Source of the DNA: an uncultured virus (IMG/VR IMGVR_UViG_3300046002_006897)
Lineage: Duplodnaviria; Heunggongvirae; Uroviricota; Caudoviricetes
Length of the DNA stretch: 64,000 nucleotides
Virus record (IMG/VR): IMGVR_UViG_3300046002_006897
Direction: 5' to 3' (one strand)
Shown piece after piece: positions 27,277 through 35,950 of this stretch. The translations under genes were made by a program, and so were the position numbers. The notes under the pieces are model-generated. The model was not told where the DNA came from, did not search any database, and was given only the letters and a program-made list of their open reading frames with translations. Every line of letters begins with the position of its first letter. Position 1 is the stretch's first letter.

Positions 27277-29211
27277 ATGAATAATAATAAAAATACAAGA
27301 AATAACTCGGTCTGGAACAAGCTTATTGTTTTGTTCTGCCTGTTTGCTACTGTTGCGTTTGGACTGCCGTCCATCGAAACAAGTAATTTACAAGCTACAC
27401 CGGGCGTAACGCTATCACAAGCCGGTACATCGCTAGTGGTCACATCACCAAATAAATCCGTTCTGACGTGGCAGAATTTTGGTAGTGGCACCGATACCAT
27501 CGCCAGCGGAGATAGTATAAATTATACGTTACCATCCTCCAATTCTTCGGTTTTAAATATAGTAACTGGCGGAAACAATACTACTATCAATGGAAGCATT
27601 TCTTCGAATGGAAATGTATACATTCTGAATCCGAACGGAATAATAATTGGAAGTAATGCTCGTATTGACACCAATGCAATTTATGCAAGTACTGCTGATG
27701 GTACATCAATTGGCTCTAACTATTTTCTAGCAAATGGAAAATTGCCAAGTCAAGATGGATTGGTTTTGGGCGGAAGCAGCATAACTGTTAAACCCGGCGC
27801 AACAATCACCGCCGTATCTAACAATATTTATTTGGCGTCCAATGGATTGGATTTGCAAGCGGGTTCAATCAATGGAAACTTGACAGTAAATGCAACTGGG
27901 ACTGTGGGTCTAAGCACACTCGGAACAACCTTTATCGCGGGAGATTTGACCGTAAATAATTCGTATGGAACAACAACACTTGCCACGCCCGGAAATACCT
28001 TGGCCGTGAGTGGAGTCGCAACCGTCAATACCGTTGCTGGAACTGTGATTAATACGGCAGGAAGTTCTTTGAATGCCCGCTCCGTCGTTATAAATGCTGG
28101 CATTGGCGAAATTTCGGTGGCAAAAGTGGTATCTTCTACTGTAACTGCCACCGGTAAAAATGTTTCCATTACATATGGACAAAATGCGCCGGTCACATTC
28201 GTCGGTTCTGCGGCAAATAACATTTCCGTAAATGCTCCGGGAGCACTGACACTCTCTGATGTATCTAATACCGGAACAGGCACAGCAACTTTTGTTTCGG
28301 GAGATAGATTATCTCTTGGAAAGATTCATCTCAATGGAACCGGCGGCGCATCCTTTACTGGAACTTCCGTGGTCGATACAATTGGTAATGCATTTGTATA
28401 TGGCGGAACCTCTTTCACTGCAAACTCCGGTGGAGATATTTCTATCACAAAGACCGGAAATAGCTTTGGACCAGTGAGTGTTACCACAACCGGTAATGCC
28501 ACCATCAACGAATCCGCGACACTTAATTTGAATGTAATCAATGTTGGAAATGTTCTCGCGTTGTCTAGCCTCGGAGAAAACATTTTTCAAACTTCGACTA
28601 CTGGCACAATCACAAATGCGTCGCCCGTTGTTTCTGCTGTTGGCAGCATTCAATTGCTTGCTCCAAGCAATACATTTAACACAATTGCTGTAAATGGAAC
28701 TGATGTATCGTTGGTCACCGCCAATGCATTAACACTTGATAATATTTCGGCCAACGGTCAATTGTCGATTACAAGCGGCGGAGCAATTTCCCAAAAAGTT
28801 GGAGCGACTGTTAAATCTTTCTCGGATACAACTTTCAATACGACGAATAACAACATTACCTTGGCTAACACCGGCAATAACTTCGGTGGATTGACTTTGA
28901 ATGCTGGCAATGGAAACATTTCCGTTGTTGAAAGTTCTACTATAAGACTTCTTGGTGTCGGTGGAAGTACCGTGGTATTGAAGAGTGGTGGAGATATCAT
29001 CAATTCCGGGGCAGGTGCAATTACCACTCGGACATTGAATCTTGAAGCTGGTGTGGGGATTGTCCTGACAAATGCGGCCACAATTTCTACTTCGTTGCTG
29101 TTCAAGGCCGTTGGTACTGTCGATTTGAGTGCTCTAAGTTTGGCAACAAATCTAAATAGCGTAGTTCCCGTGAATAATGGGGCTGGTACTTATACGCCCC
29201 CAACTCCTTAA
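27277..29211 (+). CDS. Filamentous haemagglutinin-like secreted protein (TPS N-terminal domain)
   Basis: Signal peptide, W..F, VLN.V, ING..SNG.VYILNPNGI, G/N/T-rich beta-helix repeats. Confidence 0.85.
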   Translation: MNNNKNTRNNSVWNKLIVLFCLFATVAFGLPSIETSNLQATPGVTLSQAGTSLVVTSPNKSVLTWQNFGSGTDTIASGDSINYTLPSSNSSVLNIVTGGNNTTINGSISSNGNVYILNPNGIIIGSNARIDTNAIYASTADGTSIGSNYFLANGKLPSQDGLVLGGSSITVKPGATITAVSNNIYLASNGLDLQAGSINGNLTVNATGTVGLSTLGTTFIAGDLTVNNSYGTTTLATPGNTLAVSGVATVNTVAGTVINTAGSSLNARSVVINAGIGEISVAKVVSSTVTATGKNVSITYGQNAPVTFVGSAANNISVNAPGALTLSDVSNTGTGTATFVSGDRLSLGKIHLNGTGGASFTGTSVVDTIGNAFVYGGTSFTANSGGDISITKTGNSFGPVSVTTTGNATINESATLNLNVINVGNVLALSSLGENIFQTSTTGTITNASPVVSAVGSIQLLAPSNTFNTIAVNGTDVSLVTANALTLDNISANGQLSITSGGAISQKVGATVKSFSDTTFNTTNNNITLANTGNNFGGLTLNAGNGNISVVESSTIRLLGVGGSTVVLKSGGDIINSGAGAITTRTLNLEAGVGIVLTNAATISTSLLFKAVGTVDLSALSLATNLNSVVPVNNGAGTYTPPTP

Positions 29212-29234
29212 TAATTAACAAGTTGTAAGACTTC

Positions 29235-29263
29235 AAGCCCAACCATAAAAAGGTTGGGCTTTT
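29235..29263 (+). terminator. Intrinsic terminator
   Basis: AAGCCCAACC...GGTTGGGCTTTT. Confidence 0.8.
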
Positions 29264-29300
29264 CATTTATAATTAATTTTGATATATATTTATTAAACAT

Positions 29301-29567
29301 ATGACAAAATCAGAACTTAAAGCATTAATCAAAGAAGTAATACAAGAAACTCAGTTTGCAGAAGAAGTGGAATTGAATCCAGAAAAGCAAGAACATATGA
29401 CAACGACCCAGTTGAATGGATTGAATCAAAAATCCGAAAAGATGCTAGAAATAATGCAATCTGAGAATATTAAACTTGAGCCTTGGATGATTGATTTAAT
29501 CAGCCAAGCATATCATAATATTGATGCGGTCGCGAACAAACTCATGTTCGGTCAGAAGAAAGATTGA
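29301..29567 (+). CDS. hypothetical protein with MTKSELKALIKEVIQE leader
   Basis: TATATTTAT upstream. Confidence 0.7.
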   Translation: MTKSELKALIKEVIQETQFAEEVELNPEKQEHMTTTQLNGLNQKSEKMLEIMQSENIKLEPWMIDLISQAYHNIDAVANKLMFGQKKD

Positions 29568-29732
29568 GAAAGTTATTGACTTTGGATAAAATTCTGGCAC
29601 TCTCTTACTCAAGAAAAGGGTGGAGTGAAAACGACTCCACGGAGGTAACGGGTAGGATTTCCTCCGAAGGACACGAACCGCAATATGTGCCTTCCTCTAG
29701 CTTATTTTGTTGATTGACAGTATTTAGATTTT

Positions 29733-29807
29733 CCTCTCGTAGCTTAATGGTAGAGCTGGCTCTTTATAGGGGCATGGTTGTGGGTTCGAGTCCTACCGGG
29801 AGGACCA
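29733..29807 (+). tRNA. tRNA-Ile(TAT)
   Basis: Loop TTTATAG, CCA. Confidence 0.85.
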
Positions 29808-30225
29808 TTTGTTCGTTCAGTTCAATGTACCGTGAAAAGCAATGGCCACAATGAGTCAACCGTGCTGAGTAATTTAGCGAGACGCAGGGTAAGGGAAACA
29901 CTCAAGATAACTTACTATCAGGTATTACGACAACCCCTAAGTTAAAAGGTGGAATGAACAAAAACTTTGAGAATAAAAAAGGCACTTGGCCCGATGATAA
30001 TTGTGACGCTTGCAACCTCGCTAGAGGGAAATTGGTAGGCAAGCTGCGTCAGTCCGAAAGGATTGGTCGTCTAACTACGAGGTAATGCTCATCTTAGATG
30101 TAGATGTACAAGCACATCGTATAATAGCAGATTTCAGCACAGCCAAGAGGTAGAATGTCTGGCGGTTGATAGACACCTACTGAAAGATCATCATCCTAGG
30201 TTAGCAACTAGGTATTCTCGAAAAC

Positions 30226-30596
30226 TTTCGAAGTAAGCGACCTTGCGCTGGTGACTATAGCTGAGTTAAGATGCCATCCATAATACGGTAATCAACCCGT
30301 TGAGACGAATGGATGTAAAATTCTCAAAAATTAAAATTCTATAATTACTAGAGGAAGTTCGCCCCTGCATAACACGGCGAGGCAGAGCAAACGCAGAGCA
30401 GAACACGTTGTTGGGTCTCGGGTCCAACCGAGATAGTTGACAATTGAGGACGCTCGCTCTTAGCGGCTCGTTATCGACCTCACGCAAGCAGCAACCTCAA
30501 AACGTCAAAGTGTGGGTGTTACACGTTGTAAAGGCAGGTAGAGGGCTTAGACAAATGCAAGGATAAAACAGAAGGGCGGCTACGGCTGCTTCGAAA
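30226..30596 (+). ncRNA. rnpB: RNase P RNA (divergent)
   Basis: P4 halves GAGGAAGTTCGCCC and AACAGAAGGGCGGCTA; P2 CCTTGC/GCAAGG; P1 TTTCGAAG/CTTCGAAA; AGACAAATG. Confidence 0.8.
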
Positions 30597-30610
30597 AACT
30601 TTAGTAAAAT

Positions 30611-30696
30611 GCAAGGGTAGGTAAGTGGCTAAAACAGGAAGTTTCATAAGCTTTCGCCGTAAGGCTTCGCGGGTTCGAATCCCGCCTCTTGCACCA
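30611..30696 (+). tRNA. tRNA with CAT anticodon and a long variable arm
   Basis: Loop TTCATAA, GCC-GTAA-GGC arm, CCA. Confidence 0.8.
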
Positions 30697-30705
30697 ACTT
30701 TAGAT

Positions 30706-30780
30706 GCCGACAAAACATAAATGGTGATGTGCGAACTTGGTAAGTTCGAAAAATGGGTCCGATTCCCATTGTTGGCTCCA
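30706..30780 (+). tRNA. tRNA-Thr(GGT)
   Basis: Loop TTGGTAA, CCA. Confidence 0.9.
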
Positions 30781-30786
30781 ACTTAT

Positions 30787-30863
30787 GCCGATGAAAGACA
30801 CTTGATTCTGTATGTCAGGTATTCGTCGTAACGTACCCAGTTCGATTCTGGGCATCGGCTCCA
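30787..30863 (+). pseudogene. tRNA-Thr-like element with aberrant D and anticodon arms
   Basis: Perfect GCCGATG/CATCGGC acceptor, T-arm and TCCA end; anticodon arm irregular. Confidence 0.6.
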
Positions 30864-30867
30864 ATTT

Positions 30868-31047
30868 ATGAAAATTGAAACAATCGAAGATATAGCAAAA
30901 GTTATAGTAAACCTTCCATCCGATTTAAGAGAGTACTTGATAAGTAATGTTACTCCGTCTACTTTTGTGTCATGTCTTCTTTTATTGGGGGCAGGAGGAA
31001 ATATAAAAGATTTCGCCTCCGCACTCAAAGAACATATGGTTATATGA
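30868..31047 (+). CDS. hypothetical 59-aa protein
   Basis: MKIETIED...; ATGA overlap with the next gene. Confidence 0.55.
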   Translation: MKIETIEDIAKVIVNLPSDLREYLISNVTPSTFVSCLLLLGAGGNIKDFASALKEHMVI

Positions 31048-31475
31048 AGAAGATACTAATAATGGGACTACCCGGCGCAGGAAAAACAACACTGGCCAAA
31101 GAATTGGCCAAGATGTTGAATGCAGTTCATTTCAACGCCGATGAAATTCGCCGAGAGGTGAACAAAGACCTGAAATTCGAGTTAGTTGACCGTATAGAAC
31201 ACGCTAGGCGCATGGGAGTGCTATGTGACATTGTCGTAAGAAGCGGACATTATGCAATTGCAGATTTTGTTTGTCCAACCAGAGAAACGCGAAAGGCATT
31301 CGGCGCGGACAAATCATTTATAATATGCATGGATAGAATTGAAGCTGGTAGGTACGAGGATACAAATAAATTGTTTGAATATCCAGCAATGTGCAATGTT
31401 CGAGTTGGAAATACAGGAACAGCCGAAGAATGGGTGAATAAAATTTATCATAAATTAGCAAGTGCAGGTCAGTGA
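31044..31475 (+). CDS. Adenylyl-sulfate kinase-like P-loop protein
   Basis: MGLPGAGKTT, NADEIR, DL.F...DR, FVCP. Confidence 0.75.
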   Translation: MKKILIMGLPGAGKTTLAKELAKMLNAVHFNADEIRREVNKDLKFELVDRIEHARRMGVLCDIVVRSGHYAIADFVCPTRETRKAFGADKSFIICMDRIEAGRYEDTNKLFEYPAMCNVRVGNTGTAEEWVNKIYHKLASAGQ

Positions 31476-31528
31476 TATATATAGTATTTTTATAAGAACC
31501 AGTCTGTTCTGTTATATTTATTATAACT

Positions 31529-32188
31529 ATGAGCAAACACACCACCATCAGTATAGAAGATTTGGAAAAAACTATTTTGTTTTTAGAAACTCCTCGCCCA
31601 ATATTGAAACGGGTGATAAAATTGTGTGAAGTCAGAGAATATCCAACCGGCGTATTCATCATAACGGAAAATGAATGCAGTCAGTTTATGTTTATACTAA
31701 TTTCAGGAACGGTTGACTTGATCAAGGGAAATAAATCAAAGAAGATAGCAACTCTTGGCGCTGGAAGTATAATAGGAGAAGGAACTTTGATTTCTGGTGC
31801 GCCTAGAAGTGCAACAATAGTAACTGCTTCACATGTAAAAGTTGCAATAATCAATAAAGATTCATTTGATAAAATGTTGACTATGCATCCTTCAATTCCT
31901 ATTGCATTGATGAAACTACATTCAAGTAGATGCAAGTCTGTTGTGGCAAATGTTAATATATTCAAGTCTTATGGGTTTATGGTTATTGCAGCGTTGTTTG
32001 GTTTGATGACATTGAAAAATTCACATAGTGTTATAGATATAGAGTCAATCAGTCCTGTGTTGAAGCAGTTGGCTGGATTGATACCAGACCAATATATGTC
32101 AGTTTGTGGACCAGCCGCTTTGCTTGCATTCGTAAAATCTCAGAAGATGGATATTAATAGTATACAAGCAAAATTAGAGAAAATTTGA
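31529..32188 (+). CDS. Cyclic-nucleotide-binding domain protein with C-terminal hydrophobic helices
   Basis: II.E.E, FILISG.V, G.IIGE..L....PRSATIV. Confidence 0.85.
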   Translation: MSKHTTISIEDLEKTILFLETPRPILKRVIKLCEVREYPTGVFIITENECSQFMFILISGTVDLIKGNKSKKIATLGAGSIIGEGTLISGAPRSATIVTASHVKVAIINKDSFDKMLTMHPSIPIALMKLHSSRCKSVVANVNIFKSYGFMVIAALFGLMTLKNSHSVIDIESISPVLKQLAGLIPDQYMSVCGPAALLAFVKSQKMDINSIQAKLEKI

Positions 32189-32247
32189 TGAAATTGTAGT
32201 TGACGAACAACAGAATGTGTGTATAGTCATTGTTGTTCTTTTGATAC

Positions 32248-32338
32248 GGCTGTGTGGCGGAATTGGCTATACGCACTTCGCTTAGAACGAAGCACCTATA
32301 AAAAAGGTATATGGGTTCGACTCCCTTCGCAGCCACCA
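32248..32338 (+). tRNA. tRNA-Leu(TAG)
   Basis: Loop CTTAGAA, long variable arm, CCA. Confidence 0.9.
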
Positions 32339-32752
32339 AATAAAAATAGTAATCGCGATGATCAAAGATGAATTTTGCTACAAATATACTTGACAGTATC
32401 AAATAATAATCTATAGTCATTCTTGTTCTTTTAAATACTTTTTTCTGGTCGTAAATACTTTGGGTCTCGTAAACCCATTTACTGGTTGGTATACAATGAC
32501 AAACACGTAGTAAATGTTGATTGAAATTCCTCTGCTTCCGAAGCGCGGGCCTGATATTATAGTTAGGTTAGAGCACTTGAGACATTTACTTGATTGTATA
32601 TCGAAGGGGAGCATAGCTGCTGTGCATACCGAGAGATTACCAACTCAACAAGCAGTCAGAAAAAAAATAAGTGCTGACATTGGGGATGACTCACCTGCTG
32701 ATGAACCAATGGCGCGGAGACGCAGGTCACTACCGCCAGCACTTCACTTTAC

Positions 32753-32838
32753 GGGCATGTGGATAAAGGAAACTGGTCACAACTATTTGTTTTAAAAACA
32801 AACACCCTCTGTGAGTTCGAATCTCACCATGCCCACCA
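32753..32838 (+). tRNA. tRNA-Leu(TAA), expanded D region and short variable loop
   Basis: Loop TTTAAAA, CCA. Confidence 0.75.
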
Positions 32839-32843
32839 ATTTT

Positions 32844-33017
32844 ATGGATACTCAAAACACATCAAACTATGATGGTGCAAAAATCGCAAAGCGTGAAGCA
32901 ATGCGTAAAGAACTAAAGCGAATGAAGCTGGAAAAGATGATTGCACTAAATCAAACAATCAGTGAGAAGGCTGATGTTATTGCACAGCGTTGGATTACTG
33001 AGTTGAAACAACAATAA
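32844..33017 (+). CDS. hypothetical small protein
   Basis: ORF between tRNAs. Confidence 0.55.
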   Translation: MDTQNTSNYDGAKIAKREAMRKELKRMKLEKMIALNQTISEKADVIAQRWITELKQQ

Positions 33018-33024
33018 TTTTTAT

Positions 33025-33110
33025 GGCAGTGTAGGAGAATTGGTATATCCACCCGACTCAAAATCGGAGGGCGCAAGCCATTGTCGGTTCGAGTCCGACC
33101 ACTGCTACCA
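33025..33110 (+). tRNA. tRNA-Leu(CAA)
   Basis: Loop CTCAAAA, variable arm, CCA. Confidence 0.9.
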
Positions 33111-33116
33111 ATTTAT

Positions 33117-33201
33117 GCGCATGTGGATGAGGGAAGCTGGCACAACCGTTTGACTTAAAATCAAATATCCTATATGGGTTCGAATCCCTTCGTGCGCACC
33201 A
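33117..33201 (+). tRNA. tRNA-Leu(TAA), expanded D region and short variable loop
   Basis: Loop CTTAAAA, CCA. Confidence 0.75.
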
Positions 33202-33205
33202 AAAC

Positions 33206-33361
33206 ATGAAACAAAAAACAGAATGTGAGCAATTGATTAGAATTATTCTGACCGGTAATGAGGTCGGGCCAAATATCTACCAATTGATGGAGGCAATGGG
33301 AAAGGAACGAGTTCTGGAAAGGATAAAATATTTCCAACAAGTTATGGCATTGACAAAATAG
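33206..33361 (+). CDS. 51-aa protein resembling the GluRS/class I LysRS C-terminal anticodon-binding helices
   Basis: IRIILTGNEVGPNIYQLMEAMGKERVLERI. Confidence 0.6.
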   Translation: MKQKTECEQLIRIILTGNEVGPNIYQLMEAMGKERVLERIKYFQQVMALTK

Positions 33362-33385
33362 GTAAAATGCCCTATAGTTATAAGC

Positions 33386-34165
33386 ATGAAAAAATTCTTA
33401 TTACTTGTTCTAATGTCAGTTTCATTGTTAGCCGCAGATAAAAAGAACCCGGCGAGCAAAGCGTATATTACTGACGTAGAAGGACAAGCAACAGTTTTTG
33501 TCGGTGAAGGACGAATTGAAGATTCCAAGAAACGCGAAGTTTACGCCGCCGAAGGAATTGTATTAGAAACAGAAAAGAAGTCGAACCAATCTTTAGTTTT
33601 ATCGAATGGTACGGGAATTTACATGGACGAAGTTACTCACCTTGAAGTAAAAAAATTTGTACAAGAACCATTTACGCCGAATCGAAGTGACCTTGACATG
33701 GAACCATCCATTTCTCAAACGGGCGGGCTTATATCACACGGTTACGTTGCTATCTGCACTCCAAAAATTGTGGCAGGAAGCCGAATGGTGTACACTACTC
33801 CACACGGAGAAATTAAACTTTTCAATAACAAGGTTGCAATCAACGTGGGCGACAATGCAACAGAAGTCATCCCAGTCGAAGGTGAATTTAAAGTAGAACT
33901 GCGCTCTGGTCACTTTGAAATTATAAAGGTTGGTGATAGGGTCATATTTGACGGACAGATAATTACAACGCGCAAAGCCGACAAAAAAGAAATGGACAAA
34001 GCAACCGAGAACGTGGCAATCGCGTGTAATGCACGGAAAACAGTGTACTTTGATGTTGTGAAAAGATATGAATCTGACGGAGTTATTGAAATATTAGTCG
34101 CGTATCCAGTAACCCAGATAAAGCTGCCGACCGAATTTACAGTAAGTCCCGCCACAATCAAATAA
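33386..34165 (+). CDS. Exported FecR-like beta-rich protein
   Basis: Signal peptide, L.LSNGT.I, TPHG, T.V..VEG. Confidence 0.6.
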   Translation: MKKFLLLVLMSVSLLAADKKNPASKAYITDVEGQATVFVGEGRIEDSKKREVYAAEGIVLETEKKSNQSLVLSNGTGIYMDEVTHLEVKKFVQEPFTPNRSDLDMEPSISQTGGLISHGYVAICTPKIVAGSRMVYTTPHGEIKLFNNKVAINVGDNATEVIPVEGEFKVELRSGHFEIIKVGDRVIFDGQIITTRKADKKEMDKATENVAIACNARKTVYFDVVKRYESDGVIEILVAYPVTQIKLPTEFTVSPATIK

Positions 34166-34332
34166 TTTTATGCTAAAATCATTCTGGAGAATATGGGCTA
34201 AATCGCTCGGAGAAAAAGCGAGTGCAAATAATTGCGAAGCAGACAAAGTTGCTTTGGTTCGCACACTTATTGTGCTTTGTTATGTTATTACGAATATATT
34301 CATTGTTGCTGGTGTAATTAGACATTGGTAAT

Positions 34333-34782
34333 ATGAATGAAAAGTATTTGGAGAACGACAACCACTGGACGGCTGCACCTTACCCACTACGACCATGTAC
34401 AGAAGAAGTTGAGATATACAAAAATAATTTGTTGTCTGGAAAAACTTTGTTGCTTGGATGCACGGCACCGTTACTTGACATTTGCGACGAGGCAATAGAT
34501 TTAGTTGTAAGAGTTCAGAATCCAAAAATACGACAGGGTGATTGGTATAATATATCTGGATTTTATGACAACATTATTACCGATGGAGCAATCAATCTTA
34601 CTGGCCCATCGCTAATAGATGCCGTAAAACCACATTGCAAACAGCTTATAAGCAGAGTATTTTCTAGGAAATTTTCGTATATGAAATATGCAAAATTATT
34701 TTATACCGAGTTTCCCAATGCAACAAAAATAGCAGAAATAAACGAATCATGTCCGATTTTCATCTGGAAGTTTACAAGTTAG
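34333..34782 (+). CDS. hypothetical protein, methyltransferase-like fold
   Basis: LLLGCT, GDW, YDNIITDG. Confidence 0.5.
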   Translation: MNEKYLENDNHWTAAPYPLRPCTEEVEIYKNNLLSGKTLLLGCTAPLLDICDEAIDLVVRVQNPKIRQGDWYNISGFYDNIITDGAINLTGPSLIDAVKPHCKQLISRVFSRKFSYMKYAKLFYTEFPNATKIAEINESCPIFIWKFTS

Positions 34783-35768
34783 TAAAAGCATTGGAAGAAA
34801 ACCAATACAAAGAGCGTGATATATCAAAGTTGATACCAGCGTGCAATATTCTCACTAGAGAAAATTTACAGAAGATTCCAATAGATAAGTCACAGCCATT
34901 TTGTTCTACTAGCGGCGCAACTGGCCAACCCGTGTTTGTTCAAAAATTTACGGCCCAACATGTTTGGTATTGGGCGACAAACATGCGAGAATTGATTTGG
35001 AGAAAATGGGACACATCATTGACATTGGCAGTCATCAATGCACCGGTTTCAGAAGAAAAAATAACACCTTGGCCAACGAATCCATATTTGTTTCCGAATA
35101 AGGTTGGAAAATGCCATATGCATCCAACAAGAGGAGATTTGCAAGGATGGCTGAACAGAGTGCAGCCAGATTATTTGCATACATATCCATCAATCGCCGC
35201 CACACTTGATACATCTAAACTAAAAGATGTAAAAACAACAAGTGAAAGAGGTGGTAGTAATTATAGTTCGGAAGAAGTGGGTACGATTGGCCTAGAATGT
35301 CCAGATAATCCAGATGTATATCATATTATGGAGAACATTGTTTTAGAAATCGTAGATGACAATGATATTGTGTTGACCGATCTTACGCACCCATATATCA
35401 AGAGATACAGGATAGGAGACAAAGGAGAGTTTTCTACATGCAGTTGTGGAAGAAAACTGCAAACTATCAACCGAAATGTGCTTGGTAGAGTTCGCAATAT
35501 GGTGAAATATCCAGATGGAACAACCGCATGGCCATTGTTTGCTAGCAATACAATAAGAAATGCATGTGATACAATAAAAAGATTTCAATGCATACAAGAA
35601 TCATACTCGGATATCACAGTAAAGATTCAAGGAACTGTACCAGCTGATAAAATTGAAGATGTAAAAAATTTGATATTGAAGAGACTCAATTATCCGTTCA
35701 ATCTAAAGATACAGATTGTTGATAGTTTCCCAGAAGGAAAATTTGAAGAGTTTGTCTGTAAGATATAA
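34749..35768 (+). CDS. Phenylacetate-CoA ligase/CapK-like adenylate-forming enzyme
   Basis: TSGATGQP, YSSEE, RYRIGD, CSCGR, GR. Confidence 0.8.
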   Translation: MSDFHLEVYKLVKALEENQYKERDISKLIPACNILTRENLQKIPIDKSQPFCSTSGATGQPVFVQKFTAQHVWYWATNMRELIWRKWDTSLTLAVINAPVSEEKITPWPTNPYLFPNKVGKCHMHPTRGDLQGWLNRVQPDYLHTYPSIAATLDTSKLKDVKTTSERGGSNYSSEEVGTIGLECPDNPDVYHIMENIVLEIVDDNDIVLTDLTHPYIKRYRIGDKGEFSTCSCGRKLQTINRNVLGRVRNMVKYPDGTTAWPLFASNTIRNACDTIKRFQCIQESYSDITVKIQGTVPADKIEDVKNLILKRLNYPFNLKIQIVDSFPEGKFEEFVCKI

Positions 35769-35774
35769 TTTTAT

Positions 35775-35854
35775 GCTACCGTATGCCGTCTGCCTTCTAA
35801 GCAGAAGAAAGCTAATTGGAACACATGTAGGTTCGAGTCCTATCGGTAGCACCA
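35775..35854 (+). tRNA. tRNA-Arg(TCT) lacking a canonical D-arm
   Basis: Perfect acceptor stem, TCTGC-CTTCTAA-GCAGA, T-arm, CCA. Confidence 0.75.
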
Positions 35855-35858
35855 TTTT

Positions 35859-35950
35859 GGAAGATTAACCAGTCAGGGTCACTGGAACCGCCTCGAAAAC
35901 GGATTGCTCGGCGAAAGCCGAGTGAGTTTCGATTACTCAGTTTTCCGCCA
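35859..35950 (+). tRNA. tRNA-Ser(CGA)
   Basis: Loop CTCGAAA, long variable arm, GCCA. Confidence 0.85.
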
